A stretch of 37,464 bases of DNA from a virus. Lineage: Duplodnaviria > Caudoviricetes. The translations under genes and the position numbers were made by a program. Location: the IMG/VR virus record IMGVR_UViG_3300025168_000240, positions 1-37,464 of that record; one strand, 5' to 3'. This document shows positions 10,901-20,787 of the stretch, piece by piece. The stretch's first letter is position 1. Every line of letters starts with the position of its first letter. Below the pieces are notes generated by a model that did no database searches, had not been told where the DNA came from, and saw only the letters and a program-made list of their open reading frames with translations.

Positions 10901-13900
10901 TACTAATTCCGTTACAGCTCCAGGAGTAAAGTTACTATCGGTCTCTTCTCTTAATATATTATATACTGCTTTTTGCATTTCAGGTTTAGATAATTCATCA
11001 TGACTATATATCATGCCTAATCCACTTTGATTTGGACTTCTACTTAATAATCCGATTTCATCTTGTTGAAATAATAAACCAATCGAATTCATTAAAGCTT
11101 TAATCGCTTGACTACTACCTCTAACATTTACTGTAGCGTTCGCATTAGCATCATCACCCCAAAATCCTAAACCTTTACTTGATATAGAGTTCACTTTTAA
11201 ACCTAGCTCTTTTGCTAATTCAGGAACTATATCTCGTACTATTTTATCAGTTACAGCTATTTGTTTCTTTAAAGGTAACTTGGAAAATGCTGGTCCATAT
11301 TTTTGTGCAAATGGAGTATTAGCACCAAAAGCTAATTCAAATGCTATTGTTGGTTTCTGTAGACTAATTGCATCTGGTATAGATTGCCCATCTGAAGATT
11401 CAGACATTCTAGCAATTGCAGTCCAACCAATAGCCTGGACCTGGTGAGGTTTAAGATTACCGCCCATATACCCCATTTCATTTAATTGGTCTGTAAGCTC
11501 ATTCATATATTGAACTGCGTATTCATATTGAGTGTCACTAGGTGATGAACCTCTAGAGTCATACCGTAATCTTTTTACTTGTTCTGGGTCTTTTGCTAAT
11601 CGCATTAAAATGTTTCTAATAGCACCATCTATAAAGCCAGCATCTCTAAAAGTGTGTCTATCTATTGCAACAGCTTTTAAACCTCTTGGGTCGTCTTGCA
11701 TAATAGTTCTAGTATCTTTACCTAAAGCTGAATCAAGAAAATCAAATAATTTTGCACCAGCACCCGTTTTTGCTCTAACACCAGCTAAAGTAGCTTTAAT
11801 GTTTCTTGCCACCATTCCAGTGCCAGGTGATTTAAATGAAGCTAATTCGGCACGCAATTGTTCAGCACCTAAAAAGGTGTTTGATAATGCTTGCTGTGGG
11901 CTTGCTTGGACATTTCCCAGTAACCAAGCTACCATATAATTAACAGCCTCTTCTTCACCAAATTCATCAACAAATGCTGGGTATGCATCTTCATACCAAT
12001 TCATGGATGTTTTTATTTCATCTTCATCTAAAACACTTTCAACTTGTTTAATCCAGTCTTCAGGTGTTTTATCTCTTCCTAGAATCATCACCCCACCGTT
12101 TTTCAACTCAATCTCTACTCTATTATTATTTTGTCTTCCAATTGTTGGGTCTTTTTTTCTCCTATCGACAGTTAATCTTAATCTGTCTTTTTTATCCTTA
12201 CTGCTCATTACATCAGGATATAACCCAACTGCTTTTTCAATTACAGCTGGTTCTAGTTGGTAGGATATATTTGAATCTGATTCATCAAAAGTTCCCTGGT
12301 TAAATGTTGATTTTATTTGGCCATTATTAAATACAGCCATAGTTGCAAATTTTATATCTTGTGCGGCTTGTATCCTTTTTTGAATTTCTACGTCAGTAAG
12401 AGGATTATCCTCTTGCATTATTTCTTGCATAATTGCATTTAAGCTAACATCTTTATTTCCATGACTTTCTACACCAGCCACACCGTCATAACCAGCTTTT
12501 TGAATTTCTTTTTGAACCCCTGAGTCATTTAAGTATTCCCAAAGAGATGGAGACTCAACCGCTGATGGGGGATTGTTTTCTATAAAATCAGTCAATCCCT
12601 TAATTTCTACTCCAGTTAATTCTATAAACTCGTCTATAGAAACCATATCATTTAAATCTTTAGTTAATATCAGTGGGTTTTCAACTTTTAAATAAACTGG
12701 ATAAACTTGTTCAGCACCACTATAATCCGCATTTTGTAAGCCTCTAACTCTTTGCTCAGCGTAAACATTTGCAATTTCAGGGTCATCACCAAACCAACTA
12801 ATACCATCTTCATCTGTTGCAAATTTGTTAAAACTATAAGGGGAACCATGATACATAGTAACTGGGACCCCATCGTTTTGGACCACTGAATTGCCAAACC
12901 ATTTTTTAAATGCTGGTGTTTCTATGTTTTCACCTGGGACCATTTGTTTGGTTTTCTTTTGCAGTTTTGATTTAGTTGTTGGCCTAGCTGGTGGTGGTCT
13001 TTGATTGGCTGGCTGGCTTTCTGTTTGACTTGCAATTTCTGCATCAACACCTTTCCTAAATTTCCTATTTGCAATTGTTTTAGATTTGCCACCTTTCAAC
13101 ATGTCAAAAATCTTAGAACCATCGCTCATATCACCCATTTTATCGGTAAATTCCTTCGCAAGACCCTCTGGGATGTATGTTACACCCTCAAAATCTTTCG
13201 ATAGCCCTTTAAAGCCCCCTATGCTGTATACAATCACATCAGAAAATAATTCGATGTCACCTTCCACTGAGTCGGTAAAACGAAGATTTAAGCCCATTTC
13301 TAAAGCTTTTTTTCGAACAGCATCAGTCCAATTTTTGATTTTTAAAACTAAGGCTTGGTCTTCGGCATTTTTGCTGGCTTGGAGTCGTTTAAGTCTTGCT
13401 TCAACGGTTTCTTCGAGAAGTGTGCTTCTATCCGCTGAGCTATTGATGGTAATATTGCCTTTATCATCGTTCTCTCCCTTAACCTTGCCTCCGTAGATTT
13501 TTTGTCCATTTTCATCCTCTCTTATTACTGGAAATTGATTAAGGTCAACATCGTATGAAGTGTTTGTCATCTCTTCTTCTGTGAATTCTTGCGACCCGTC
13601 ATCTTCCTTGTTATATGCTATATTAAAATCATTGGCTTCATCATCATTGATTTGCTTTGCTTGCGTTTCAACTGTGATTGCTTCTTCTGGTGATACCTGA
13701 TTAGGTAATTCCATTTCTTTGCTAGTGTCTACAAGACCACCAACAATTTGATTAATTTTTGATGTTCCAGAATTAACTACCGCTTTTCCACCATACATTG
13801 GTAATAATCCAGCCGCTGTCTGCTTAGCAGTTTCAATAGCTTCTTCCCAAATGCTTTTTGCCTCTCTTAGTTCAACCCCTTCTAAAAGAGCCCCTAATTC

Positions 13901-14893
13901 AGTAGTTACAACTTCTACAGCAAGCTGTAATTCTTCCTCGGCTATATTTTTCGCCCAATCTTTACCATACCTATCAGAAGCATTTTTAATAAATTTAATT
14001 ACACCATTTGTAATAGCTTTATTTGCTTCCTTTTGCACGCCATCTGGAATAAGTCTTGCAATTTGCATTTGCTCTATTGCGGCATAAAGTCCCCCACCTA
14101 ATGACGATAACATAATAGCTGTGTTGTCATCAACACCTCTATCTATCATATTTCGTAACATCATTCCAGAACCTTGCTGTTGCCAAAATATAGTAGAGCC
14201 TATTGCCATACCAGTTCCAGCACCTAAAGGCACTGTTACAAATTCTTCTGGCACTGCCGCTAATGGCGGAGAACTTCCCACTATTGCCGCACCAGCCATA
14301 CCAGCAGTAGCGTAAGGAATACCAGCTTTAAGACCCTCTGCCATTGTACCAGCTAATCCACCCGTAGCATTAAAAATATATTCTGCCCAATTCTCTGCTT
14401 CTATTGGGTCTCGCTCTACCATCTCTTCGTATTCATTAATTAGTTCTTGGACTTCTGACAATGGTAATGAACCAGGTTGGTTTGTAAAAGAGAGGTAGTA
14501 CATTTGGTCAAGCTTACTACTAGTAGCTGTCCTTCTAAATTGTTCAGCCGCTTTGCGACCTAATGACCTTTTTCGATTCTTTAATAAAGGTTTAGATTTT
14601 GGTTTACTATCTTCTTCTAAACTAGGTCCAGCTTCAGGTGTAAAAGATTTATCTTGTTCAGCTGTTTCAAGCTCCATTGCCTTAAAAATTCTGGCATTGT
14701 TAAAACCTTTTTTGCGTAAACCAGCAATAGTACTTAGCTGTTTTGGTAATCCAAATTGGTCTTCTGGTTCAATAAATACTTCTGGGTCTTCTTCAGCACC
14801 AAGAATATTATCAACAAGGGAACCTTGAGATTCAGCACTCTTTATTGAGTCTTGTTTAAAATACTCTCTTGCTAACTCACGCCAATCAGACAT
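7910..14893 (-). CDS. large polyvalent/ejection protein (ART-PolyVal-like domain, central HhH-glycosylase-like domain, C-terminal LPD38-like domain)
   Basis: FKKWFGNS...MYHGS...WFGDDPEIANVYA...VYPVYLKVENP (ART-like); WYE...AIDRH...QVQAIGW; INFNRKG...LFSNAGLQG...KIRLPYGY (LPD38-like). Position matches podovirus internal-virion genes. Confidence 0.75.
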   Translation of the reverse strand: MSDWRELAREYFKQDSIKSAESQGSLVDNILGAEEDPEVFIEPEDQFGLPKQLSTIAGLRKKGFNNARIFKAMELETAEQDKSFTPEAGPSLEEDSKPKSKPLLKNRKRSLGRKAAEQFRRTATSSKLDQMYYLSFTNQPGSLPLSEVQELINEYEEMVERDPIEAENWAEYIFNATGGLAGTMAEGLKAGIPYATAGMAGAAIVGSSPPLAAVPEEFVTVPLGAGTGMAIGSTIFWQQQGSGMMLRNMIDRGVDDNTAIMLSSLGGGLYAAIEQMQIARLIPDGVQKEANKAITNGVIKFIKNASDRYGKDWAKNIAEEELQLAVEVVTTELGALLEGVELREAKSIWEEAIETAKQTAAGLLPMYGGKAVVNSGTSKINQIVGGLVDTSKEMELPNQVSPEEAITVETQAKQINDDEANDFNIAYNKEDDGSQEFTEEEMTNTSYDVDLNQFPVIREDENGQKIYGGKVKGENDDKGNITINSSADRSTLLEETVEARLKRLQASKNAEDQALVLKIKNWTDAVRKKALEMGLNLRFTDSVEGDIELFSDVIVYSIGGFKGLSKDFEGVTYIPEGLAKEFTDKMGDMSDGSKIFDMLKGGKSKTIANRKFRKGVDAEIASQTESQPANQRPPPARPTTKSKLQKKTKQMVPGENIETPAFKKWFGNSVVQNDGVPVTMYHGSPYSFNKFATDEDGISWFGDDPEIANVYAEQRVRGLQNADYSGAEQVYPVYLKVENPLILTKDLNDMVSIDEFIELTGVEIKGLTDFIENNPPSAVESPSLWEYLNDSGVQKEIQKAGYDGVAGVESHGNKDVSLNAIMQEIMQEDNPLTDVEIQKRIQAAQDIKFATMAVFNNGQIKSTFNQGTFDESDSNISYQLEPAVIEKAVGLYPDVMSSKDKKDRLRLTVDRRKKDPTIGRQNNNRVEIELKNGGVMILGRDKTPEDWIKQVESVLDEDEIKTSMNWYEDAYPAFVDEFGEEEAVNYMVAWLLGNVQASPQQALSNTFLGAEQLRAELASFKSPGTGMVARNIKATLAGVRAKTGAGAKLFDFLDSALGKDTRTIMQDDPRGLKAVAIDRHTFRDAGFIDGAIRNILMRLAKDPEQVKRLRYDSRGSSPSDTQYEYAVQYMNELTDQLNEMGYMGGNLKPHQVQAIGWTAIARMSESSDGQSIPDAISLQKPTIAFELAFGANTPFAQKYGPAFSKLPLKKQIAVTDKIVRDIVPELAKELGLKVNSISSKGLGFWGDDANANATVNVRGSSQAIKALMNSIGLLFQQDEIGLLSRSPNQSGLGMIYSHDELSKPEMQKAVYNILREETDSNFTPGAVTELVNNKPSLFVGTFTEKKDFASNHKDNVEKALERIRTELGLELTLRPAGTKYENTKNNWTRDNNGKRYRDSILKTHQSVLLERLDNHYGPKIERRLESTLKRNSEQQRKTRQLVPDPDFAAEVRAAEQVDKTLEISDRTLSDYIQTLIFDKLHPVVSWQGDIQSKFLGDRRIRDHQNVNLATELFIGKVPEIIRDFNKEMIDSKNPDSFMSRLVNSGISSEDFNLYLHALHAQERNNYVASKREDMQDGGSGMTNQQAKDTKRKLNKKYGLKKIRTFSKEFKTKVIDASLDRRLEAGLIDQETYDTLKNTYKNYVPLFRVEDNKEAIIEESKRRTSTFDVKGKEFQRSYGSEREVENILISSLEQYHSSVVRSEKNLVNKRLLSLVESYPSESYEVIGVKHKPVYDDQGEIDHMIPLSSIKNSEGVAVNPDDVIHVKVDGKVKQIIFKGASGQQIARAMKDIGSTKAIPMLNKINNYLRYINTIANPEFIVTNFVRDIQTAGVNISSEQGNDVLMQSLSPKNLGKAWKAVYNVVQNEDIDSEWAQLYERMRKAGGKTGFFDYESIEDKLSTLEADLSRVEEKGIGVKSAGKSILGFVESLNEATESAVRLTLFKSMLDNGYSEEQAASGAKNVTINFNRKGQLGNILNSAYLFSNAGLQGSIRILGVLKNSSKARKLVTGLAAFGFTEAFLNNMASEDDDEYAKLSDYEKDNYYIMRYGSGDKYFKIRLPYGYNVFKVAGNIAGDMAWGQMKGKPVDTGRQMARLLSAINASYNPLGSGPSLQMIAPTVLEPFVQLGMNQNFYGGPHKPENPYGPNKAEVEKYWGKTPDIYKHVAQYSFLKTGGSLTYKNDGSINNAVRARGPVGWLGDTSPETLEFFVDYLGGGLGKSLVRTVNTAGGLVMGDADMSKAPFIRQFYGKTAKDSEKRILFEYEKNMGMTLYSSKERTKYQAYLHHFYQKGNLTKKDYDKRNAAFIKAQNEATETVNNSKNRINKTSKKQ

Positions 14894-15633
14894 TATTGAT
14901 TAGGGTCCCGATTAGTGATTCTTTTAAATTCTTTTCCAAGACCTTTGCTTTCGAAAAATTCCAATACTTTCTTAGTGTCGTTATTAAACTTTTTATATGC
15001 TTGTTCAATGGCTTTTTCTAACATGTAATTTTTTTCAGCCATATACTTTCGACCAGCTAATCTCTTATCCTCATCTAATTCGGCTTGTTGCCGTTCACTA
15101 AGACCTCCACCAGCAAAAGTATTGTCCATGGCTTTAGACTCTAACTCTTTTAGACTCAATCTAAATAATTCGTCATTTTTCTTAAATACGTCTAAATCAA
15201 TTTTAATATCGTCTCTTGATTTAGCTTCTTTTTCAGCTTTAGAAATTGCCTTATTATTGTCTTTTTCAATTTTTGATGCACTGGCTTTTTCATCAGCCAC
15301 TGTCTTCTTCTTCATTATTTTAAGATTGTCTTCATACGCTTTTCTATTTTTTTCATTTCTTAAAGTATTGGGCTTAGCTCGGTAATTAAAATTCTTATCC
15401 ACTTTTTTACCAGATGCCTCTATAGAACGCATTTTAGACCTGACTTCCCTTTTATAAAATGACTTGTCTTTATCTGACATAGTACTAATAAGGTTATCAA
15501 TCATAGCTTGTTCATCTGCCGTAAGACCATCAGCTTCCTTACCAATATCTGTTTGTACCCCTACCGAGACACCTTTCATATTTTGAGAAGGATTATTTTT
15601 GCGTTGTAACGCTTCCATATAACCGTTAGCCAT
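14893..15633 (-). CDS. hypothetical charged helical protein, probable internal virion/ejection protein
   Basis: 246 aa, Lys/Glu-rich; TAATG-coupled on both sides. Confidence 0.55.
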   Translation of the reverse strand: MANGYMEALQRKNNPSQNMKGVSVGVQTDIGKEADGLTADEQAMIDNLISTMSDKDKSFYKREVRSKMRSIEASGKKVDKNFNYRAKPNTLRNEKNRKAYEDNLKIMKKKTVADEKASASKIEKDNNKAISKAEKEAKSRDDIKIDLDVFKKNDELFRLSLKELESKAMDNTFAGGGLSERQQAELDEDKRLAGRKYMAEKNYMLEKAIEQAYKKFNNDTKKVLEFFESKGLGKEFKRITNRDPNQ

Positions 15634-16235
15634 TACACCTCTCCTAGAGCTTCAGCAAAAGCCTTGGCCAATTTAGGGTTACTTAATATTTTACTTAGTT
15701 GAGTATTACGAGTCTTTAAAGCATCTGCTTGCATAAAGCCAGATATCCCAGTACTTGCCGCATCAAAAAGACCACCATAAATATCATCCTTCCTTTGCAT
15801 CTTCAATAGTGAGTTATTGTACTTTATATCTTCTATGCTCTGACCTACTGTTGCCGCTTCCCTACCAGCCGCCAACTTACTTTCTTCGTTCATTTTTGCT
15901 ATTTGCTTTGCCATTTTAGCCGCTTGCAAAGTTGTTTGACCACCTTCTTTAATAAGTTGTTGAGCTACAACACCGCTATTTTCTATTCCTTGCTTTACAG
16001 CTGTAGAACGAATTGCATTTTGCGTATTATTACTAGCCTGAGCGATATCGGTCCCAATTTCGTTTTTAACGTCTTGACCGTATAGGCCCTCCTTACTGAC
16101 ATTTCTAAGTTTGTTTAAATAAGCAGTTGTATCAGAACTAATTTTTTGTTGTGGGGTTTTGCGAAACATCTTACCAAGAGAGTCTAAAGCTCCTGGTGCC
16201 GCCATATATAATCCAGCTGTTAAGGGGTCTGACAT
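15633..16235 (-). CDS. probable DNA-ejection (pilot) protein
   Basis: Ala/Gln/Gly-rich helical protein starting MSDPLTAGL; follows the tail genes. Confidence 0.55.
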   Translation of the reverse strand: MSDPLTAGLYMAAPGALDSLGKMFRKTPQQKISSDTTAYLNKLRNVSKEGLYGQDVKNEIGTDIAQASNNTQNAIRSTAVKQGIENSGVVAQQLIKEGGQTTLQAAKMAKQIAKMNEESKLAAGREAATVGQSIEDIKYNNSLLKMQRKDDIYGGLFDAASTGISGFMQADALKTRNTQLSKILSNPKLAKAFAEALGEV

Positions 16236-16239
16236 AATA

Positions 16240-16500
16240 TTATCCTATCTTTGTTCCAGTAAACACAAATGTGCTACCATCGTTATCTTTAAAATAAATT
16301 CTTGATTCATCATTTGATGGGCCCGTAGGACCATCTTGCCCCTTTCTAACTGTAGTAAATACAAATTCACCAGGTGTAATATCTGCTGGTGATACAATAC
16401 CACTTACCACTCTTGTTTTTGGGGCTCTTTGTTTTACGTTTTTTACCAGTTGGCTTACATTCTTATCAACTTCTAAATTTGTAAATTTTATTCTAGCCAT
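16240..16500 (-). CDS. small hypothetical tail-associated protein
   Basis: 86 aa; GGAG SD; overlaps upstream stop. Confidence 0.6.
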   Translation of the reverse strand: MARIKFTNLEVDKNVSQLVKNVKQRAPKTRVVSGIVSPADITPGEFVFTTVRKGQDGPTGPSNDESRIYFKDNDGSTFVFTGTKIG

Positions 16501-16858
16501 CTATATCTATCTCCAATTTTCTAATAGTTGTTGTATTAACATCCGATGCAGTCTCCAGCAAGATTGAAATCGCTTTTGCTCTAGCTCCAGCTATAGGTCT
16601 CCTACTTACTATCTTACTACCGCTACTATTATTAGCTGGGAATGTAATTGTAAATAAAGCTGTGCCAGTTAATTCACCATCTGCAAAAGCCTTACAAGTA
16701 ATAATAGATGCACTATCATAATGAAGATTGACCCTTCTTATAATATTTACTCTATCATACTTACCACTAATATCTATAATACCAGTTTGATACTTAGCTT
16801 GAACTAATTCAGTACTCGAACTATTATTCATTTCTCTTACTTGTGTTACAAATGCCAT
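16493..16858 (-). CDS. hypothetical tail protein (possibly the separated C-terminal part of the nozzle protein)
   Basis: 121 aa beta-rich; TAATG overlap with 16858..19149. Confidence 0.55.
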   Translation of the reverse strand: MAFVTQVREMNNSSSTELVQAKYQTGIIDISGKYDRVNIIRRVNLHYDSASIITCKAFADGELTGTALFTITFPANNSSGSKIVSRRPIAGARAKAISILLETASDVNTTTIRKLEIDIDG

Positions 16859-19149
16859 TATGGACTCGGATTAGCGTCAAAGACTCGTACACTATACAAA
16901 TCTAAATTATCTTTTATTGCAAAAAAATCTGCGGCTTTATGAGTCCCATCATTAAAATTAATTTTTGTCCATAACTGATTTTCTAAATCATAACTATACT
17001 GTACTTGTACACCCGTTCCAAACTTGCATAAAAGCCTATTCTTTTTAATGTCATGAATAATAGAGCTACTTTCTAAATTGGCAGTGTTTTGATAGGTATC
17101 TCTAATAGGGAGACTAATAGGCGTAAATCTAAAATCTGGAGATATTTGATATATATTATCTCTTGCACAGAAAAATAAATTATCCTTTACATTCACTATA
17201 CCCTTAGGAGCAATACATCCCAGGTTTTTATCTGCTTCCATTAAAGTATAGAGCGATGGCTCACTTGAGCTAACATCAAGTCTAAATACCCCCCGAGTCA
17301 TAAAAACAACAAGATTATCTAAAACCCTACTTAAACCAGTAATAAATCCGCCTTGCTGGTCTTTAATTTGTATATAATTTATTGACGGTAAGATATCTGG
17401 CTGATTTGGCTCTGAATACATTACCCAATCTGGATGGTCTTCCTTATTGCCATCAGGGTCTAATTGAACATTGCCAACAAATAATCTATCTCCAATCATT
17501 TGACTGTATTTGTATCTAGTATTTAATATGATTTCATCTGCGTATGGTTGCACTGCTCCATTCGTGTATCCAGTGTCGTATATGTCAATAGTTGTATTCG
17601 TAGAACCCACAGTAATTACATAGTTTTTAAATAAATCAGGAACATCACCGTTACTAAATGAACTAGTACTTTCAAGCTTCACAGCTTTACCAACGCTATC
17701 TAATACAATATGCTGACCACCACTATCGTCAACAGCTATATTCCCATTAGCTCCACCAGGCCCAAATCGCTTACTATTTGCCATACTATATACAATCGCT
17801 TTATTGTGCCAAACAGTATTAATAATATCTACTGTAGATGTAGGGCTACCAGTAAAAGCTGACTGATTATCCGATGTTCTTTCTCCGTAATACACTCGTA
17901 GTATTTGACATTTTTCATTAAAGTTGTAATGTCTATTTGATTCGGATGGATTAGCATTAACTGGTAAAATTCCCTGAGCTAACTGAGCTAACCATGTGGA
18001 ATTATTTAATGGACCATTACTCGCATTAAATGTCCATATGTTTCCACTGCTATTTGTACCAGTTACACCACCAAAAACAGAAGGGCTGTTAGTTGGGCTA
18101 TTTACACTGTCTAACACGCCATTACTATCTCGCATAAGGATATACCAAGCAACCGTCATATTATTATAAGCAACCGACATCGTAGCATCAGGCATACTAA
18201 ATATTCCATCACTAGCAGAAAGAGAACTATAACTATCAATAAAAGAGCTACTGTATACATAATCAACACTTTGTAATGCAGTTGTACCATCAACGCTACC
18301 ATCAGTAATTACATTAGCACTATTATTTAAAGTGTTAATTGGAACCTCTAAAAGTTCATAATAGTGACCACTACTAGCTATTTCTCTATATAGTTTAAAA
18401 CTTGTAATTCTTGGATTGAATCCATATGTCTTATTTGGTGCGGTCCCAGAACTAGTTTGATTAGCAAATGAAACTGTTACCTTACCAGCCTTTGTTGCCA
18501 GTGTAGGCGTTATATTTAAAAAACTATCTGATAATGGCAATTCTTGAAGACCATCAAAGATAGGAGAAATTTTATAATTATAACTATTAGCCGCTAGTGA
18601 AAGTCCCGTATTTGCTCCAACTAATAACTCACTTGCCGAATCTAAAAACATTTCATTATCCGCTGGGTAAGTAGGAGTAGCATCTTGGAATACATAATCA
18701 TCAATTGTAACAGCTCCTTCAAAAAACTTTCTACTGATATGCTGTAATATTTTAGGTTTCTGATTTAAGTTATCTGGAGCTAATCTAAAATCTACCCCAT
18801 GGTCCCTTAAATCAAAGCTTCCTGGCTTATTTGATGAATAAGTGATACAATTAGTGACTGTCGTAAAATCTACGCTTATAAGCCTTAATATATCGCTATG
18901 GGCATCGTATCCTATCCAAGTAGGAGTAATCGCTGTACCATCTGTTTTAAGATTGGAAGGTGACCAGTAAACCAATGACGACATTCTTGTGCTTGCAATG
19001 TCAGTGTGAGAACCTCTACCCCTTGCTTTAACTAATGACCCTGGAGTATCTAATAAAAAGTTTTCATTAGAAAATGCAAATTCTAACCCCAAATCATTAG
19101 GGTCTGCCTGAGTGGCAATACCTTTAAAGTCCTTTATCTCCAGTAACAT
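16858..19149 (-). CDS. tail nozzle/tube protein (P22 gp10/T7 gp12-like beta-propeller)
   Basis: N-terminal IKDFKGI...ENFLLD; RLFVGN, VMYSEPNQPD, ITGL...LVVF and GCIAPKGIV...LFF motifs of podovirus stabilisation proteins. Confidence 0.7.
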   Translation of the reverse strand: MLLEIKDFKGIATQADPNDLGLEFAFSNENFLLDTPGSLVKARGRGSHTDIASTRMSSLVYWSPSNLKTDGTAITPTWIGYDAHSDILRLISVDFTTVTNCITYSSNKPGSFDLRDHGVDFRLAPDNLNQKPKILQHISRKFFEGAVTIDDYVFQDATPTYPADNEMFLDSASELLVGANTGLSLAANSYNYKISPIFDGLQELPLSDSFLNITPTLATKAGKVTVSFANQTSSGTAPNKTYGFNPRITSFKLYREIASSGHYYELLEVPINTLNNSANVITDGSVDGTTALQSVDYVYSSSFIDSYSSLSASDGIFSMPDATMSVAYNNMTVAWYILMRDSNGVLDSVNSPTNSPSVFGGVTGTNSSGNIWTFNASNGPLNNSTWLAQLAQGILPVNANPSESNRHYNFNEKCQILRVYYGERTSDNQSAFTGSPTSTVDIINTVWHNKAIVYSMANSKRFGPGGANGNIAVDDSGGQHIVLDSVGKAVKLESTSSFSNGDVPDLFKNYVITVGSTNTTIDIYDTGYTNGAVQPYADEIILNTRYKYSQMIGDRLFVGNVQLDPDGNKEDHPDWVMYSEPNQPDILPSINYIQIKDQQGGFITGLSRVLDNLVVFMTRGVFRLDVSSSEPSLYTLMEADKNLGCIAPKGIVNVKDNLFFCARDNIYQISPDFRFTPISLPIRDTYQNTANLESSSIIHDIKKNRLLCKFGTGVQVQYSYDLENQLWTKINFNDGTHKAADFFAIKDNLDLYSVRVFDANPSP

Positions 19150-20108
19150 TATATAATTCCAACACCAACTCTATCCGCAACAAAACTCATGCGGTCATGA
19201 GCGGCATTAGCTACAGTAGACCTCGCTTTTTCTCTGTTTACAACATATAATTCATAATGAGTTCTAAATTCTTTTGTATTCCCAAGGTCTTGATGAATCA
19301 TTGCCTTTACATAATCAGTAAGATAAATATGATAGACATCTGGAATTATTGGTTGTGACTCCGTATAATCAAAATGGCCGCCTTGAGTTTTAGCCATACC
19401 ACCAAAACCTAAATTATTCCAGGTAGTGATAAAACTATCCCAATTCACTCCAAAAGAACTTTCATATTGAGCAGATTCTGGACCTGAAACAAAAAAATCT
19501 TCATTATCAACTGCAAACCCATTTGTTGTCGGGCTGTAAGTCAAGACACCAGAAAGAGTATCTTCATATTCAACTCTTTTTATTGTGCCTACAGAAGATG
19601 TCGTATTTGAAGCACCAGCTCTAGATTTAATCACATCATTAACATCAAAGAATTCAGATACTATATTATCAAATCTCAATTGCTTTAAACCAGTACTTGT
19701 TCGAAGACTAACTGGGATAGCAACATATGTAAGTGTTAATATTCCAGCAGTTGAAGGTCTTGGCAGAAAGTATAATCTATTGTTTTCAATATAGTAGTCT
19801 CTCGTAGAACCAGTCCTAAATCGATTTGTTTCTGAGCTTTTACTATAATTAAAACTGTTACTAGCAGATTTAGTTAAGCATCTACCTTTAAAAATTGGAT
19901 GGTCCGCAAGCTCTATAAATCCTGATGGTAAATCTATATAAGTCTTTTCAGCCGCTATGTACATATGCGTTTTTTTAACATAGCATCTTGTATGCATGGA
20001 AAAATCTTCCTGGGCTTCATCAACATATAAACCAGCTCTTTTATCTAATTGTCCAGCTCGACCTTCAAAAGGGACCAAAGCTCTTTGAATTAGTGTATCC
20101 CAATTCAT
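19149..20108 (-). CDS. head-tail adaptor-like protein
   Basis: IDLPSGFI, YYIENNRLYFLPRPS, P..PDVYHIYLTDYV motifs; follows capsid genes. Confidence 0.65.
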   Translation of the reverse strand: MNWDTLIQRALVPFEGRAGQLDKRAGLYVDEAQEDFSMHTRCYVKKTHMYIAAEKTYIDLPSGFIELADHPIFKGRCLTKSASNSFNYSKSSETNRFRTGSTRDYYIENNRLYFLPRPSTAGILTLTYVAIPVSLRTSTGLKQLRFDNIVSEFFDVNDVIKSRAGASNTTSSVGTIKRVEYEDTLSGVLTYSPTTNGFAVDNEDFFVSGPESAQYESSFGVNWDSFITTWNNLGFGGMAKTQGGHFDYTESQPIIPDVYHIYLTDYVKAMIHQDLGNTKEFRTHYELYVVNREKARSTVANAAHDRMSFVADRVGVGII

Positions 20109-20779
20109 CCGTTTACCCCCGTTGGTGCTTCAATTGCATATCTATCATTTAACATCTTTATTTGTTCCATTGCTGAAGATTTTGCTACTTGAGACCTATC
20201 TACCTTATTATCCATTCTCCATAGCTCTGCCTCAGCTAAGTCAATCATTATGTCGTGCAATGCAGAATTAAGAATTGGTTGCACTTCAGCTGTGCTTCCT
20301 ACTACTGGAGCTATATCTGTAGGAGTTTTAAGATAGTATATAATTGCAGTAGTTGGACCTGAAGGCCTAAAATGTAAATTGTTACCAAATACCCAAAACA
20401 CTGGGTTTAAAGTATCTGCACCTAAATATTCATTCTCTAGTTTTTTAACATCTGAAAAAGGGATTTTTATGCCATATCTATAATTGGGATTGGTATAAAA
20501 TTGAACAGCTCTAACGCTGTTGCGAATAGGTTTTTCATTAGATAGATTTGAGTCATTCGGGTAACTACCAGTTCCCGTTAATTGAATAAGCCCAGTATTT
20601 CCAGTAATTAAAACTGTGTCTTTAAATTCTAGTTCAGTTAAATAAGCTTCGTGTAAAAAATTAGCTACCATTCGCTGTGCTGTATTTAAAGCACTATCTT
20701 TCGTAGCTGTATTAAAATTGTTTTCGCCAGTATCTTCTAATCGAAGACCTAGCTTTACATGCATTTGGGCTCTTGTCAT
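20105..20779 (-). CDS. head-tail adaptor-like protein
   Basis: ALNTAQR, LHFRPS, YYLKTP, LHDIMIDLAEA motifs. ATG at 20779 preferred over TTG at 20788. Confidence 0.65.
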   Translation of the reverse strand: MTRAQMHVKLGLRLEDTGENNFNTATKDSALNTAQRMVANFLHEAYLTELEFKDTVLITGNTGLIQLTGTGSYPNDSNLSNEKPIRNSVRAVQFYTNPNYRYGIKIPFSDVKKLENEYLGADTLNPVFWVFGNNLHFRPSGPTTAIIYYLKTPTDIAPVVGSTAEVQPILNSALHDIMIDLAEAELWRMDNKVDRSQVAKSSAMEQIKMLNDRYAIEAPTGVNG

Positions 20780-20787
20780 ATTATTCA

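Noticed and set aside
682-14828. Many + strand ORFs opposite the tail fibre and polyvalent genes
   Set aside because: Antisense shadows of long minus-strand genes with no RBS or protein motifs; the same applies to shadow ORFs elsewhere.
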